A stretch of DNA of 64,000 nucleotides from Magnetococcales bacterium DCbin4 (GCA_002753735.1 PEAN01000012.1:14575-78574); one strand, 5' to 3'; shown: positions 1-8,560, counted from the first letter of the stretch. Program-made: numbers and translations. The notes: generated by a model from the letters alone, not told the origin.

Positions 1-3000
1 ACTCGGGCACCAAGGACAATTTCACCGGTTTCGGTAAATTTAAAGGCATTGCTGCACAGATTGGTCAAAATCTGCATCAAACGGGTGGAATCGCCGATGA
101 CGGTCTTGGGCAAATCGGGGTCCCATTGGAACAGGAGTTCGATCCCGTTTTCAGGTCCAGCCTTGGTGATCAGATCATCAATGGCCTGCTGTAACACCAT
201 GTCGAGCCTGAAGGGTTCGTGTTCCAGCTCCAATTTTTCTGCATCGATCTTGGAAAAGTCGAGAATATCGTTGATGATGCGCAATAACGAGTGGGAAGCG
301 GTTTGTATCTTTTCCAGATACTTCCGCTGCTGTTCGTCAAGCTCGGTGGCAAGAACCAGATGTCCCATGCCAATGATGGAATTCATCGGTGTCCTGATTT
401 CATGACTCATGTTGGCAAGGAATTCCCCCTTGGCGCGGTTGGCATTGCGTGCCTCTTCCTCCCTGCGACGCAGTTCATCCTCCATCTCCTTGCGATCCGT
501 AATGTCCCGGGCAACGACGACGACACCCGCAACACGGGAATCCTCGGCAAGGTGAGGGAAATAGGAAACATCCATCCAACGCTGTCCAGTTACGGGAAAG
601 TTGAACCAACTCTGGTAGTTGACCGCATTACCCTCAAGACAACGGTCCAGGTTGGGACGGATTTGATTGAAGACTTCCTCGCCTATGAGTTCCTGGACCG
701 TGTGTCCGACGATTTCATCCATTCTTTTGCCATGATTGTCGAGATAGGCATTGTTCACCGCCTGATAGCGATAGTTCCGGTCCAGAAACGACATGTGGTC
801 CCGAGAAGCAGAGACAATGGCGGCATGGCGACGCAGCGCCGATTCCGCACGGTGCCTTCGCGTCAGATCGATGATGGTGCCACGGGCTTCCGTGACCGTT
901 CCCAAGGGTGTTTTCTTCGGGGAAAATGAAATACTGGTCCAAATCGGATTTGCCCCTTTGCGTACCATTTCCGCTTCGATTTCCTGGATCATGTTCCCCT
1001 GTCGCAATCGGGTAAGCATGCGTTCCACGACCTCTTTGCTACCGGGTGAGGCGGGGGGATAGACATCCAGGAGCGTCATGGTTTCCAATTCTTCGAGGGG
1101 ATTGCCAACGAGGGTTTCCAGGGCTTTGTTGCCACGCAGAATGCGTCCGTCCCGGGTGTCGATGGACAGAAAGGCGATGGGGGCGTTTTCATAGAGATCC
1201 CGCAGCAGGTATTCCGATTCTTCCAGGGCCCGCTGGGCCAGTTTGCGTTCGCTGATCTCCCGGGCAATGGCCAACTGGTAGGACTGTTGGTTGAATTGCA
1301 GGGCATCGATCCTGATTTCCACGGGAATGGATGTATTGTTCTTGCCCTTCAAGGAGGACTCAAAAACATTGATCACGTTCGCAGAGGGTCCATCACGATG
1401 AGTTTCGGACCAGAGTCCAGGATGGGTTTCATCGATGATTTCGTCCATCGACATCAAAGACATCTCATCGCAATCATAGCCCAGAGTGTCGCAGGCGGAA
1501 CGATTGACCTGGGAAACCCTGCCGTCGGGAAGGATCCAGAAAATCATGTCATGGATGTTTTCCAGGGACGCCTGGGCAAGTAACAGTCGATCCTGGGCCA
1601 GTTTTTTTTCCGTCAGATCATCATAGATGGCGACGATTTCACCGGTTTCCAACCGGTAGACATGGTTTTCCATCCATCCACGATGTTTTTCATCCTGATA
1701 CCAGGAGACGGGATGAAACATGGGGATGCCTGTTCGATGGACCTGCTGGAACACGGCAAAGAGTCCGAACTCCCGGATCCCTGGAAACGCCTCGGAAACT
1801 TTTCGTCCCAGGATGTTTTGGCGTTTGACATTGCTGATCCGTTCGCCCGAGGTGTTCATGTCCTGGAAAATGAAGTCTTCACCATCATTGAAAACATCAT
1901 AGACGGCGACACCACTGCTGATGGTATCGAACAAGGCTCGGTAACGGCGTTCGCTGCGCTTGAGTGCCAGTTCCGCCTGGCGTCGGTGATGGTTGGCACG
2001 CAACGACAAAATTCCTTCCGCCATGAGATGGGTCAGGGCGGTCAACAAGGCGATTTTGTTGTCGTCGAACGTCGCATCCTCCTCCGAAGCGTAAAGATTC
2101 AATACTCCCAGAACGGTGCCATATCCTTTGATCGGCAGGGCGATGCTGGAGGTGAATGTTCGATTCATGGTCTCCTGCTGCCCGGGGATGGTCGGGTGAT
2201 GATCGATACGGTGTTGAATCACGTGGGGGGTGGCGGTATGAATGACTTTGGTTGTCTGGTCGTCCCCTGGTTCCGATTCATTCCAGGGGTCGCTGATCAG
2301 GTCGGAAAATTCTTTATCAAGTCCATGATAGGCCACGGGACGGACCAGCGTTTCGGAACCGGAATCGACAAACCCAACCCAGGCCAAGGCATAACCCGCC
2401 TCCTCGACCAACACCCGGCATAGCAATTGAAGTGTCCGTTCTTCCTCTTCTCCCATGGACAGAACTTCCGCAAATCGCAGACGGGTCTTCAAATCCCGAT
2501 TGGACTGGGCAAGTCGGTCCTCAATCTGTTTGAGGTGGGTGATGTCATCCTGGATCCCGATCAGATTGCATACTTCACCATGACGATCCCGTACCTGACT
2601 GATGGACATCGATCCTTGGAACAGGGTGCCATCTTTTCTGCGGTTGCGAACTTCCCCTCTCCAGGTATTCGTGTTGGCGATTTCTTCCCACAACAATGTA
2701 TGGTTGATCTCATCAGGACGCTTTGGGTCGAGAAAGCAGGGATTTTTCCCCATGACTTCTTCGTGCGTATAACCGGTCAATTCGCAAAAACGATGGTTGA
2801 CATATTCGATTCGACCCAGAGGGTCGGCAATGATGATCGAGGATGGGCTTTGGCTTACGGCCACGGACAGTTTGCGCAAGGCCGAAGTTTTGTAGATGAT
2901 TTCAATTTCGAATGCCTTGACGACACTCAGGATCAGAGCGGTCGCCCAGATGGCCATCAGGGAAAACCCGCGATTGATCCATGAAACCCATAGACTGCCC

Positions 3001-4589
3001 GCTTCGGTGGAAACCATATGTCCGGTCAAGGTCAGAAGGGTGGCGGCAATGGTCAGGAAAAGGATGTGATGGCGTTTGGGATACCATCGTCCCAGAAGGA
3101 CGATGCCGATATAGAGGATTCCATCGGCAATTCCCCTGGGCGTGAACGCATCGATGGCAAACACCGCTGTTGCGATGCCGACGGTCAATGATTTCAGGAC
3201 CCATGACGGTTCAGGCAACCGATCGGCGGTGTGGCCGATCAACTGCGGCAAATGTTCCTCTTCGGGTTTCTGGGGGATATTGGCCATTTTGTGCGCCATG
3301 ACCCAGGCACCCAGGAAGATGATGACCACGGACAGGCCCGTGATCCGCATGGCCGTGATCTGAAACGGTTTGCGAATCTCCTCAAGATCAATTTTGGCAA
3401 CCAAACCCAGCCCCAATGCATCCAGCGGGACATGGGCTGATAACACCTCGACCGACCGGTAATCGGGTCCCGAAACGATACCGGTCTGTCCCAGAAGGGC
3501 CAGTTGCATGGATTTGGCCGTGACGTCCGCCATCGACTGGGAGGGAATCTGCTGACCGGTGAAGCGGGAAGATGATTTGAAGTTGATGGTGCGTCCATCC
3601 ATGTGGCCCAACATGAATTCGCCGCTGAATCCAAACGGGGTGTGGCCGAAACAAAATTTTGCATATCCGATCGCAGGTATTTCCGGTGCATCGAGTGAAC
3701 AATGTTCCTTGAATTCCATGTCGTCCGAGGCTGCTTTTTCAACCATCCGTTTCTGAATCATGACCATTTCCAGCAGGTGCGCTCTGGCCCCTTCGTAATA
3801 GGCATGAAAGAGAGAGATGAATGAACTGCTGGTCACCAACAGGGAAATGGTGGCCATGATCATGATCAGATACAGCGTACGTTCCTTCCAACCGATGCCG
3901 ATCCGGATTCCCGAGAGCATCGTGCCGATGAGGTTACGGTTGGCAACCGATTCAATTTGCCAGATCAGCAGCGTTCCGAGTCCGATGGTCAGCAGGGCGA
4001 TTCCGCCCGCCAGGAGTGCTGCCCGGGTAAAGGGTTGCCGGAATTCTTCCAGATCGATTTTGACGACCAGACCGGCGTTCATGCTGGGAATCGGTTCGTA
4101 AGCCGCCAGGCTCATGACGCCGCGATAGTCGAGGGCTTCGATGATCCCTGATTTTCCCAGGAGCGCCTGTTGCATGGGGCGGGCAAAGGGACCGCCCATG
4201 GCAACCTTCGGGATATGGTGGCGCACCATCCGGGGGTAATGGAGGAATTCGACCCAATCTCCCGACAGACGTGCCATGACGAATTCACCGGTCCTTCCGA
4301 ATCCTGCCTGTTGTTCCAGTGACGCCAGGAGATGCCTGCGTGTCACATCGACCGCCTTTTGCGCATCGAAAGGGGGTCGATGGACATCATTGAGTTTGAC
4401 CCTCGCCTGGATCATCAAGGCTTGAGTTCGGCGCAGGTCAACCAGGCGATCATAGGAAGTGGCAATCGTTGCGCGATAGATCATCGACAGCGACAACACG
4501 GTGATCGTCATGGTCACCGTCACCATGATGATGACAACCGACAGCAGGTGCGATTGCGACAGTCGTTCGTTTTTCCAAAAAGGGGTCAT
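1..4589 (-). CDS. Multi-sensor histidine kinase, N-terminal ~1529 codons (3' end beyond window). Domain order: two tandem TM-bounded extracytoplasmic sensor modules, a multi-TM block, PAS/GAF/PAS repeats, HisKA, then the start of HATPase
   Basis: The reverse frame anchored on ATG (complement of 4589-4587) stays open to nt 1. With no stop in the window it is missing from the ORF track. Every listed minus ORF here is in one of the other two frames. The + ORFs 291..929, 1662..2423 and 2427..2984 are antisense shadows. Own translation: MTPFWKNERLSQSHLLSVVIIMVTV (TM); two similar modules each ending KIDLEE(F/I)R(Q/K)PF followed by a TM; PAS (IEYVNHRFCELTGYTHEEVMGKN); a GAF-like block; further PAS blocks; [37 protein letters not shown] (H-box, M codon at 410-408, in frame with 4589); GDSTRLMQILTNLCSNAFKFT (N-box). 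Confidence 0.85.
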   Translation of the reverse strand, partial: MTPFWKNERLSQSHLLSVVIIMVTVTMTITVLSLSMIYRATIATSYDRLVDLRRTQALMIQARVKLNDVHRPPFDAQKAVDVTRRHLLASLEQQAGFGRTGEFVMARLSGDWVEFLHYPRMVRHHIPKVAMGGPFARPMQQALLGKSGIIEALDYRGVMSLAAYEPIPSMNAGLVVKIDLEEFRQPFTRAALLAGGIALLTIGLGTLLIWQIESVANRNLIGTMLSGIRIGIGWKERTLYLIMIMATISLLVTSSSFISLFHAYYEGARAHLLEMVMIQKRMVEKAASDDMEFKEHCSLDAPEIPAIGYAKFCFGHTPFGFSGEFMLGHMDGRTINFKSSSRFTGQQIPSQSMADVTAKSMQLALLGQTGIVSGPDYRSVEVLSAHVPLDALGLGLVAKIDLEEIRKPFQITAMRITGLSVVIIFLGAWVMAHKMANIPQKPEEEHLPQLIGHTADRLPEPSWVLKSLTVGIATAVFAIDAFTPRGIADGILYIGIVLLGRWYPKRHHILFLTIAATLLTLTGHMVSTEAGSLWVSWINRGFSLMAIWATALILSVVKAFEIEIIYKTSALRKLSVAVSQSPSSIIIADPLGRIEYVNHRFCELTGYTHEEVMGKNPCFLDPKRPDEINHTLLWEEIANTNTWRGEVRNRRKDGTLFQGSMSISQVRDRHGEVCNLIGIQDDITHLKQIEDRLAQSNRDLKTRLRFAEVLSMGEEEERTLQLLCRVLVEEAGYALAWVGFVDSGSETLVRPVAYHGLDKEFSDLISDPWNESEPGDDQTTKVIHTATPHVIQHRIDHHPTIPGQQETMNRTFTSSIALPIKGYGTVLGVLNLYASEEDATFDDNKIALLTALTHLMAEGILSLRANHHRRQAELALKRSERRYRALFDTISSGVAVYDVFNDGEDFIFQDMNTSGERISNVKRQNILGRKVSEAFPGIREFGLFAVFQQVHRTGIPMFHPVSWYQDEKHRGWMENHVYRLETGEIVAIYDDLTEKKLAQDRLLLAQASLENIHDMIFWILPDGRVSQVNRSACDTLGYDCDEMSLMSMDEIIDETHPGLWSETHRDGPSANVINVFESSLKGKNNTSIPVEIRIDALQFNQQSYQLAIAREISERKLAQRALEESEYLLRDLYENAPIAFLSIDTRDGRILRGNKALETLVGNPLEELETMTLLDVYPPASPGSKEVVERMLTRLRQGNMIQEIEAEMVRKGANPIWTSISFSPKKTPLGTVTEARGTIIDLTRRHRAESALRRHAAIVSASRDHMSFLDRNYRYQAVNNAYLDNHGKRMDEIVGHTVQELIGEEVFNQIRPNLDRCLEGNAVNYQSWFNFPVTGQRWMDVSYFPHLAEDSRVAGVVVVARDITDRKEMEDELRRREEEARNANRAKGEFLANMSHEIRTPMNSIIGMGHLVLATELDEQQRKYLEKIQTASHSLLRIINDILDFSKIDAEKLELEHEPFRLDMVLQQAIDDLITKAGPENGIELLFQWDPDLPKTVIGDSTRLMQILTNLCSNAFKFTETGEIVLGAR

Positions 4590-5324
4590 GTCCTGTGATA
4601 CCGCCTCCAGCGGTTTGCATCTTGACGTATGGGGATTTCGGAGCGGAACTTCAAGACAAAGATGTCAGGACGCTGCGTTCATGGTGGGAATGACAGGGAT
4701 GTCGTTCAGGGGAAACGCAGAGCAGTCGATTCTGGCAGCAGAACGAAGGATGGATTTGTCGAAGGGTGAGGTATGCCTGTTCAGGGAGCCTGTCGGTTCG
4801 ACCGTTCGGCCGAACAGTCATGATGTTTCCAGTATGCATGGCATTTCTCCCGTAAGGGTCATTCTGAATGAATGCCACAGTCCCATGGCAAATTCAATGA
4901 AATTGGAACTCCCGGTTCAGGATCGTGGCCCAAATCGATGATGCGCACACTGTTGGAAGAAAGAGGGTCATGATCACCCCTTACCGAGGTAAGGGGAACG
5001 ATTCGGGGGAACTCAAGAGGTTACATGACGCAACCATAGAGGAATATATTTTTTGATTTTTTGTTGAAGACAAAATAGTTTTCATTAATGACTTTGAGTG
5101 TCATTCTCAAGAGCTTCGGGTTAAGATGGTTCCGATCACGCTTTGGACAATGGTTCGCGATGCTGGAGTGGCCGTTACGGCATGACCCTCAGGGACAACC
5201 GGGGCATCTTCCCTATCTGATGATCAGAGGCTGGACACTCGGGCGGTTGACATTGGCTATCGGCACGGCCGATGACGAGAGATTCCAAGACAATAAATAA
5301 ATTAATGTTTATGGATAGCGATGG

Positions 5325-5750
5325 TTGATTTCACGTTACATTGAGTCGGAGTATGTCCCATGCAATGGATTCATGATAGCTGCTTCTGGTGAAACCGAGG
5401 AGATGAACCGTCGCCTGGCGGAATCTTCCGATGGAATCAGCGAGGTGAACCGTAGCGTGCAGGAGATCACCTTCGGTATTGGTGAGGTCAATCGGAGCGT
5501 TGGTACGGCGACCCGGGAAGTTCATAACATGGATGGTCATGTGGTGGCGGCATCTAAAACCACAGAGGAATCTGCGCGCAATGTATTGGAGATCAGTAAA
5601 GCGGCAACCCTGGTCGCGAAACACATGAGTGGCGTGAACCAAACCGCGCAACAGATGGGAGAAATGGGAATAACGGTGAAAAACCGTGCCGATGACATGG
5701 CATCCATTGCCCGCGCACTCAACGAGGATTTGGCCCGATTCAAAGTCTGA
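5325..5750 (+). pseudogene. C-terminal remnant of a methyl-accepting chemotaxis protein signalling domain
   Basis: The translation (..EMNRRLAESSDGISEVNRSVQEITFGIGEVNRSVGTATREVHNMDG..VNQTAQQMGEMGITVKNRADDMASIARALNEDLARFKV) looks like the heptad-rich C-terminal arm of MCPs. No TM, HAMP or hairpin-tip sequence is encoded in any frame of 4590-5324. The ORF opens on TTG and the first ATG is at 5373. It ends 12 nt before attL. Confidence 0.5.
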
Positions 5751-5761
5751 CGACAGATGAT

Positions 5762-5813
5762 TGGCGTCCCCGGCGCGATTTGAACGCACGGCCTACGGAT
5801 TAGGAAACCGTTG
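5762..5813. repeat. attL: displaced copy of the 3' 52 nt of tRNA-Arg (partial, not a functional tRNA)
   Basis: tggcgtccccggcgcgatttgaacgcacggcctacggattaggaa(a)ccgttg matches 17274-17325 except for one base (a vs t at repeat position 46). Sequence diverges immediately after. Confidence 0.9.
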
Positions 5814-5820
5814 ATGGAGG

Positions 5821-5854
5821 CCAATAAAGGCCAACAAAGGCCATAAACAAAAGG
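5821..5854 (+). repeat. Tandem ~10-bp repeats CCAA(T/C)AAAGG next to the attL core (candidate arm-type or regulatory protein sites)
   Basis: ccaataaagg ccaacaaagg ccataaacaaaagg lies 7 nt after the att repeat. The same CCAACAAAGG unit recurs at 7585-7620. Confidence 0.6.
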
Positions 5855-6007
5855 AAAATCTGGTTTGAAAGTGGTCGATATTGGTCTATAAGGGCCATTG
5901 CGGTTGACAGTTGGTTGACACAACAAAGTCTTGAATGTTTTTTCCTCGGTGCCAGAATTTGAGAATTTTCTTCTCCTGGACGTATCAAAAATGGTACATT
6001 ACGCTTT

Positions 6008-6355
6008 ATGTTACTGATTCGATTTCCTGTTCATTTTTTTAAAAGCGGCTCTGGTTCAGAACCGGTTCGTGACTGGTTGAAAAGTCTGGATCCCCAAGAC
6101 AGGAAAATAATCGGTGAGGATATCAAAACGGTTCAAGTCGGTTGGCCTGTGGGCATGCCGTTGGTGCGAAAGTTGAAACCTGATCTCTGGGAAGTTCGCT
6201 CCAGGTTACAGGGAAGGATTGCACGGGTTCTTTTTACATTTGAAGATGGGAAAATCGTTTTGGTCCATGGTTTCATAAAAAAAACCCAGAATATACCACT
6301 TCAAGATTTGTTTATTGCCGAAAGTCGGATTTCTGAAATAAGGGGACGAAAATGA
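6008..6355 (+). CDS. Type II toxin, RelE/HigB superfamily (phage Gp49-like)
   Basis: 115 aa. FFKSGSGSEPVRDWLKSLDPQDRKIIGEDIKTVQVGWPVGMPLVRKL..LWEVR..GRIARVLFTF..GKIVLVHGFIKKTQ is the typical Gp49/HigB-like pattern. It has a 4-nt ATGA overlap with the downstream HTH gene. Confidence 0.7.
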   Translation: MLLIRFPVHFFKSGSGSEPVRDWLKSLDPQDRKIIGEDIKTVQVGWPVGMPLVRKLKPDLWEVRSRLQGRIARVLFTFEDGKIVLVHGFIKKTQNIPLQDLFIAESRISEIRGRK

Positions 6356-6639
6356 ATGGTTCTTACCTTGGAAGTGATTTTGATGATTTTTTGAAGGAAG
6401 AGGGAATCTTGGCCGAAGTTGAAGCAACGGCCATTAAAAGAGTTTTTGCGTTAAAGCTGAAAAAAATGATGGAAGATAAGAACGTTTCCAAGACTGAATT
6501 GGCTCGGCGAATGAAAACAAGTCGTGCCTCAGTAAATCGGCTATTGGATCCTGAAAATCGTTCTATTACGCTCCAGACTATGGAAGGTGTGGCTCTTGTC
6601 ATGAATGCACGTTTGAAAATTGACTTGGTTCAGGGCTAA
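6352..6639 (+). CDS. XRE-family HTH antitoxin (HigA-like)
   Basis: 95 aa. The HTH is KNVSKTELARRMKTSRASVNRLLDPEN. It is translationally coupled to the upstream toxin, in the toxin-first order typical of HigBA. Confidence 0.7.
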   Translation: MNGSYLGSDFDDFLKEEGILAEVEATAIKRVFALKLKKMMEDKNVSKTELARRMKTSRASVNRLLDPENRSITLQTMEGVALVMNARLKIDLVQG

Positions 6640-6660
6640 GTGAGAATTGTTTAACAAAGA

Positions 6661-7149
6661 TCATGAAAGCAAATCATCTCTGATTTTATATTCGTTTGGA
6701 ATGGCTTCGATGTTCCATCGGACAATCCTGATTCCTGCAATGAAAAAAATCAAATCCCTCTTCTTGTCTTTTTTTTTGTCATGGCTTCCGTCGTCCAGTT
6801 CGATGGCTGAAATAATGTTGAATTCATTGTCACAAACAAGGAAGTCCACCATTTTTTGTCTGAACGTCTCTTCCATGGTGATATCCTTTTTTGGGTTTCC
6901 GCTATTTGCATAAAGGAATCTTCCCAAGGATACCTGGGAAAGAATGATGTGGTCTGGAAAGACATTTATGAGTCGGCGATATAAAATCTGTTCCGGTTTC
7001 GTAAGGGGTTGGGTCCAGTTGATTTCGGTTACATCGAAATTTGCGTGTCGGCGTATTTTTATCACCTTTGCAACTATTGGTTCGAGAATAAAAGCCCATG
7101 CAGTAATACTTGTAGCTAAATTATAGATATTCATGGCGTTTAATTCCAT
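6661..7149 (-). CDS. DUF2726-like (restriction-endonuclease-fold) protein with an N-terminal hydrophobic helix
   Basis: 162 aa. LTKPEQILYRRLINVFPDHIILSQVSLGRFL ... VDFLVCDNEFNIISAIELDDGSHD..KKRDLIFFIAGIRIVRW matches the DUF2726 pattern as I recall it. The N-terminus ITAWAFILEPIVAKVI is hydrophobic. Confidence 0.55.
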   Translation of the reverse strand: MELNAMNIYNLATSITAWAFILEPIVAKVIKIRRHANFDVTEINWTQPLTKPEQILYRRLINVFPDHIILSQVSLGRFLYANSGNPKKDITMEETFRQKMVDFLVCDNEFNIISAIELDDGSHDKKKDKKRDLIFFIAGIRIVRWNIEAIPNEYKIRDDLLS

Positions 7150-7244
7150 TCTACGTATCCTTATAATTTTGCGACAGTTTCATAAACAAAAATCATCATT
7201 GCGGGCAAAATTTTTTCCTACCCATCTTTTCCAAACTCGTCCTG

Positions 7245-7529
7245 CTATCCGGTATCCGATCCTGCTTTTTTGGAGTCCCTGCGCATTCTCTCAATCTCAG
7301 GGCTGATGTGTCCGTGTTCCTCGTCGGTCAGGCCTGTGACCAACCAATAGGCAAATTGGGGCCAATGTTTGCCAATGGCCGTGATAAGATCTTCTGTTGC
7401 TCTTTGGCCACCTACTTCAACTTTTTCAACCATGCTCTTTTTAACACCACAAATTGTGCAAAATTCATGTCTCCCAAAATTTAGGCATTCTCTGATCGCT
7501 CTTATCCGGTTTCCTAATAAATTTTCCAT
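7245..7529 (-). CDS. XRE/CI-type HTH repressor (prophage lysogeny regulator)
   Basis: MENLLGNRIRAIRECLNFGRHEFCTICGVKKSMVEKVEVGGQRATEDLITAI is a classic HTH_3 layout. I prefer ATG at 7529 (cat at 7527-7529). The ORF-track start 7601 would run through the tandem repeats of the switch region. The gene is divergent from the 7628 HTH gene. Confidence 0.65.
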   Translation of the reverse strand: MENLLGNRIRAIRECLNFGRHEFCTICGVKKSMVEKVEVGGQRATEDLITAIGKHWPQFAYWLVTGLTDEEHGHISPEIERMRRDSKKAGSDTG

Positions 7530-7584
7530 CACATATCGAAAATATTTAGACAGTCTGATGATTGATTTGAAACTTGCCGTGAAT

Positions 7585-7620
7585 CCAACAAAGACCAACA
7601 AAGGCCAACAAAGGCCAACG
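7585..7620 (+). promoter_or_regulatory. Switch region: 3.5 tandem copies of CCAACAAAG(A/G) between the divergent repressor and HTH genes (candidate operators)
   Basis: ccaacaaaga ccaacaaagg ccaacaaagg ccaacg lies inside the 98-bp divergent intergenic region 7530-7627. Confidence 0.6.
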
Positions 7621-7627
7621 ACACGCT

Positions 7628-7831
7628 ATGTCATCAGTCTCCGTTCGTCAAGCTTCGATGGGTCCATACATGACTCAAGAGCGTTTTGCAGAGGTGACAG
7701 GGGTGTCGCTTGATGTTGTTCGAGGTTGGGTGAAGAAAGGGTATCTCCCTATTTTTGATCTGGGAAAATATCGGTTGATCAACGTTGCACTGCTTACCAA
7801 AGAGGCTTTGGAACAGGAATACAAAGTCTAG
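7628..7831 (+). CDS. Small HTH DNA-binding protein (Cro/excisionase/AlpA-like)
   Basis: 67 aa. MTQERFAEVTGVSLDVVRGWVKKGYLP is an excisionase/MerR-type HTH. It is the first gene of the rightward phage operon. Confidence 0.55.
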   Translation: MSSVSVRQASMGPYMTQERFAEVTGVSLDVVRGWVKKGYLPIFDLGKYRLINVALLTKEALEQEYKV

Positions 7832-7848
7832 AACCTGAAAAATGAGGT

Positions 7849-8163
7849 TTGGAAGTGGTGTCGGGTTTGTGTTCAGTTGAAGGGGTAGGAAATGTGGTAA
7901 CTAGTGACCAGGAAAATGGTCTTGTTGATAAGGTATCCAAACAACAGCGTTACCGTGAAAAGCAGGGAAAAGAAATGAAACAAAAAGCCCTTTATCTATC
8001 CAAGCGGGCTTGTGAAGTTCTTGATCTATTTGCCGGTGTTGACGGTATGAATCAATCGCAGATTGCTTCTTTGATTATTGAGGCTGCTGGGGATGTTTTG
8101 GAACATGGTAATCCCGTTATTTGGAGTGGTGTCATCAAACAATTGCGGGATCGTTTGGTTTAG
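7849..8163 (+). CDS. Hypothetical phage protein, possible ribbon-helix-helix domain
   Basis: The ORF opens on TTG. An internal ATG at 7975 follows a purine-rich stretch. MKQKALYLSKRACEVLDLFAGVDGMNQSQIASLIIEAA resembles the RHH/CopG layout. Confidence 0.35.
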   Translation: MEVVSGLCSVEGVGNVVTSDQENGLVDKVSKQQRYREKQGKEMKQKALYLSKRACEVLDLFAGVDGMNQSQIASLIIEAAGDVLEHGNPVIWSGVIKQLRDRLV

Positions 8164-8225
8164 ACAATTCCTCTGGATAGACTGCCCAGGGGATGAAATG
8201 AAATGCAGTCAAATGGAGATAAGAC

Positions 8226-8543
8226 ATGAAGATGAGTTTGAACATTGTATCGGTCGAAAAGTTTGAGTTCAAAGGTGAGGATGGCCGGGAGGTGAAGATG
8301 GGTCGTGTCAGTGCGCTTTCTGATTTTGAAAAGACCGATTCAAGGGTTGGTTGTCCTGTTGTCAATTTCAGCATGGATATCGGTTTGTTTGAAACGTTTG
8401 CGACTTTGGGCAAATTCCCTGCGATGTATGATGTTGACGTTGAGTTGCGGGCGGGGGGGCGGGGGAAAGCTTCTTTGTTTGTTCTCGGTGTCGAGCCGGT
8501 GAAGCCTGTTTCTGAAGTTGGTTCAAAAACCAAGAGCGTTTGA
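8226..8543 (+). CDS. Hypothetical phage protein at the position of the inovirus ssDNA-binding protein (g5p/RstB analogue)
   Basis: 105 aa, beta-rich by eye, located just upstream of the coat module. The call rests on position only, with no motif recognised. Confidence 0.3.
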   Translation: MKMSLNIVSVEKFEFKGEDGREVKMGRVSALSDFEKTDSRVGCPVVNFSMDIGLFETFATLGKFPAMYDVDVELRAGGRGKASLFVLGVEPVKPVSEVGSKTKSV

Positions 8544-8560
8544 AGGCTGGGGATCATCGG

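Noticed and set aside
291-2984. Long + strand ORFs 291..929, 1662..2423 and 2427..2984 (212-253 aa)
   Set aside because: They have low-complexity, motif-free translations and lie exactly antisense to the open reverse frame. That frame encodes recognisable PAS, GAF and HisKA motifs, so these are shadow ORFs.
5762-5813. A possible second tRNA gene at attL
   Set aside because: Only the 3' acceptor strand, the T-arm and part of the anticodon arm are present. The 5' acceptor strand and D-arm are absent, so this is a duplicated att core and not a gene.
5537-5988. Minus ORFs 5537..5926 and 5800..5988 spanning attL
   Set aside because: They run through the att repeat and the MCP remnant in antisense, and no motifs are present.
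8452-8466. A G7/G5 run (gcgggggggcggggg) inside the 8226-8543 ORF as a phase-variation tract
   Set aside because: The run is interrupted and is at the lower limit for slippage. There is no supporting evidence, so it is noted only.
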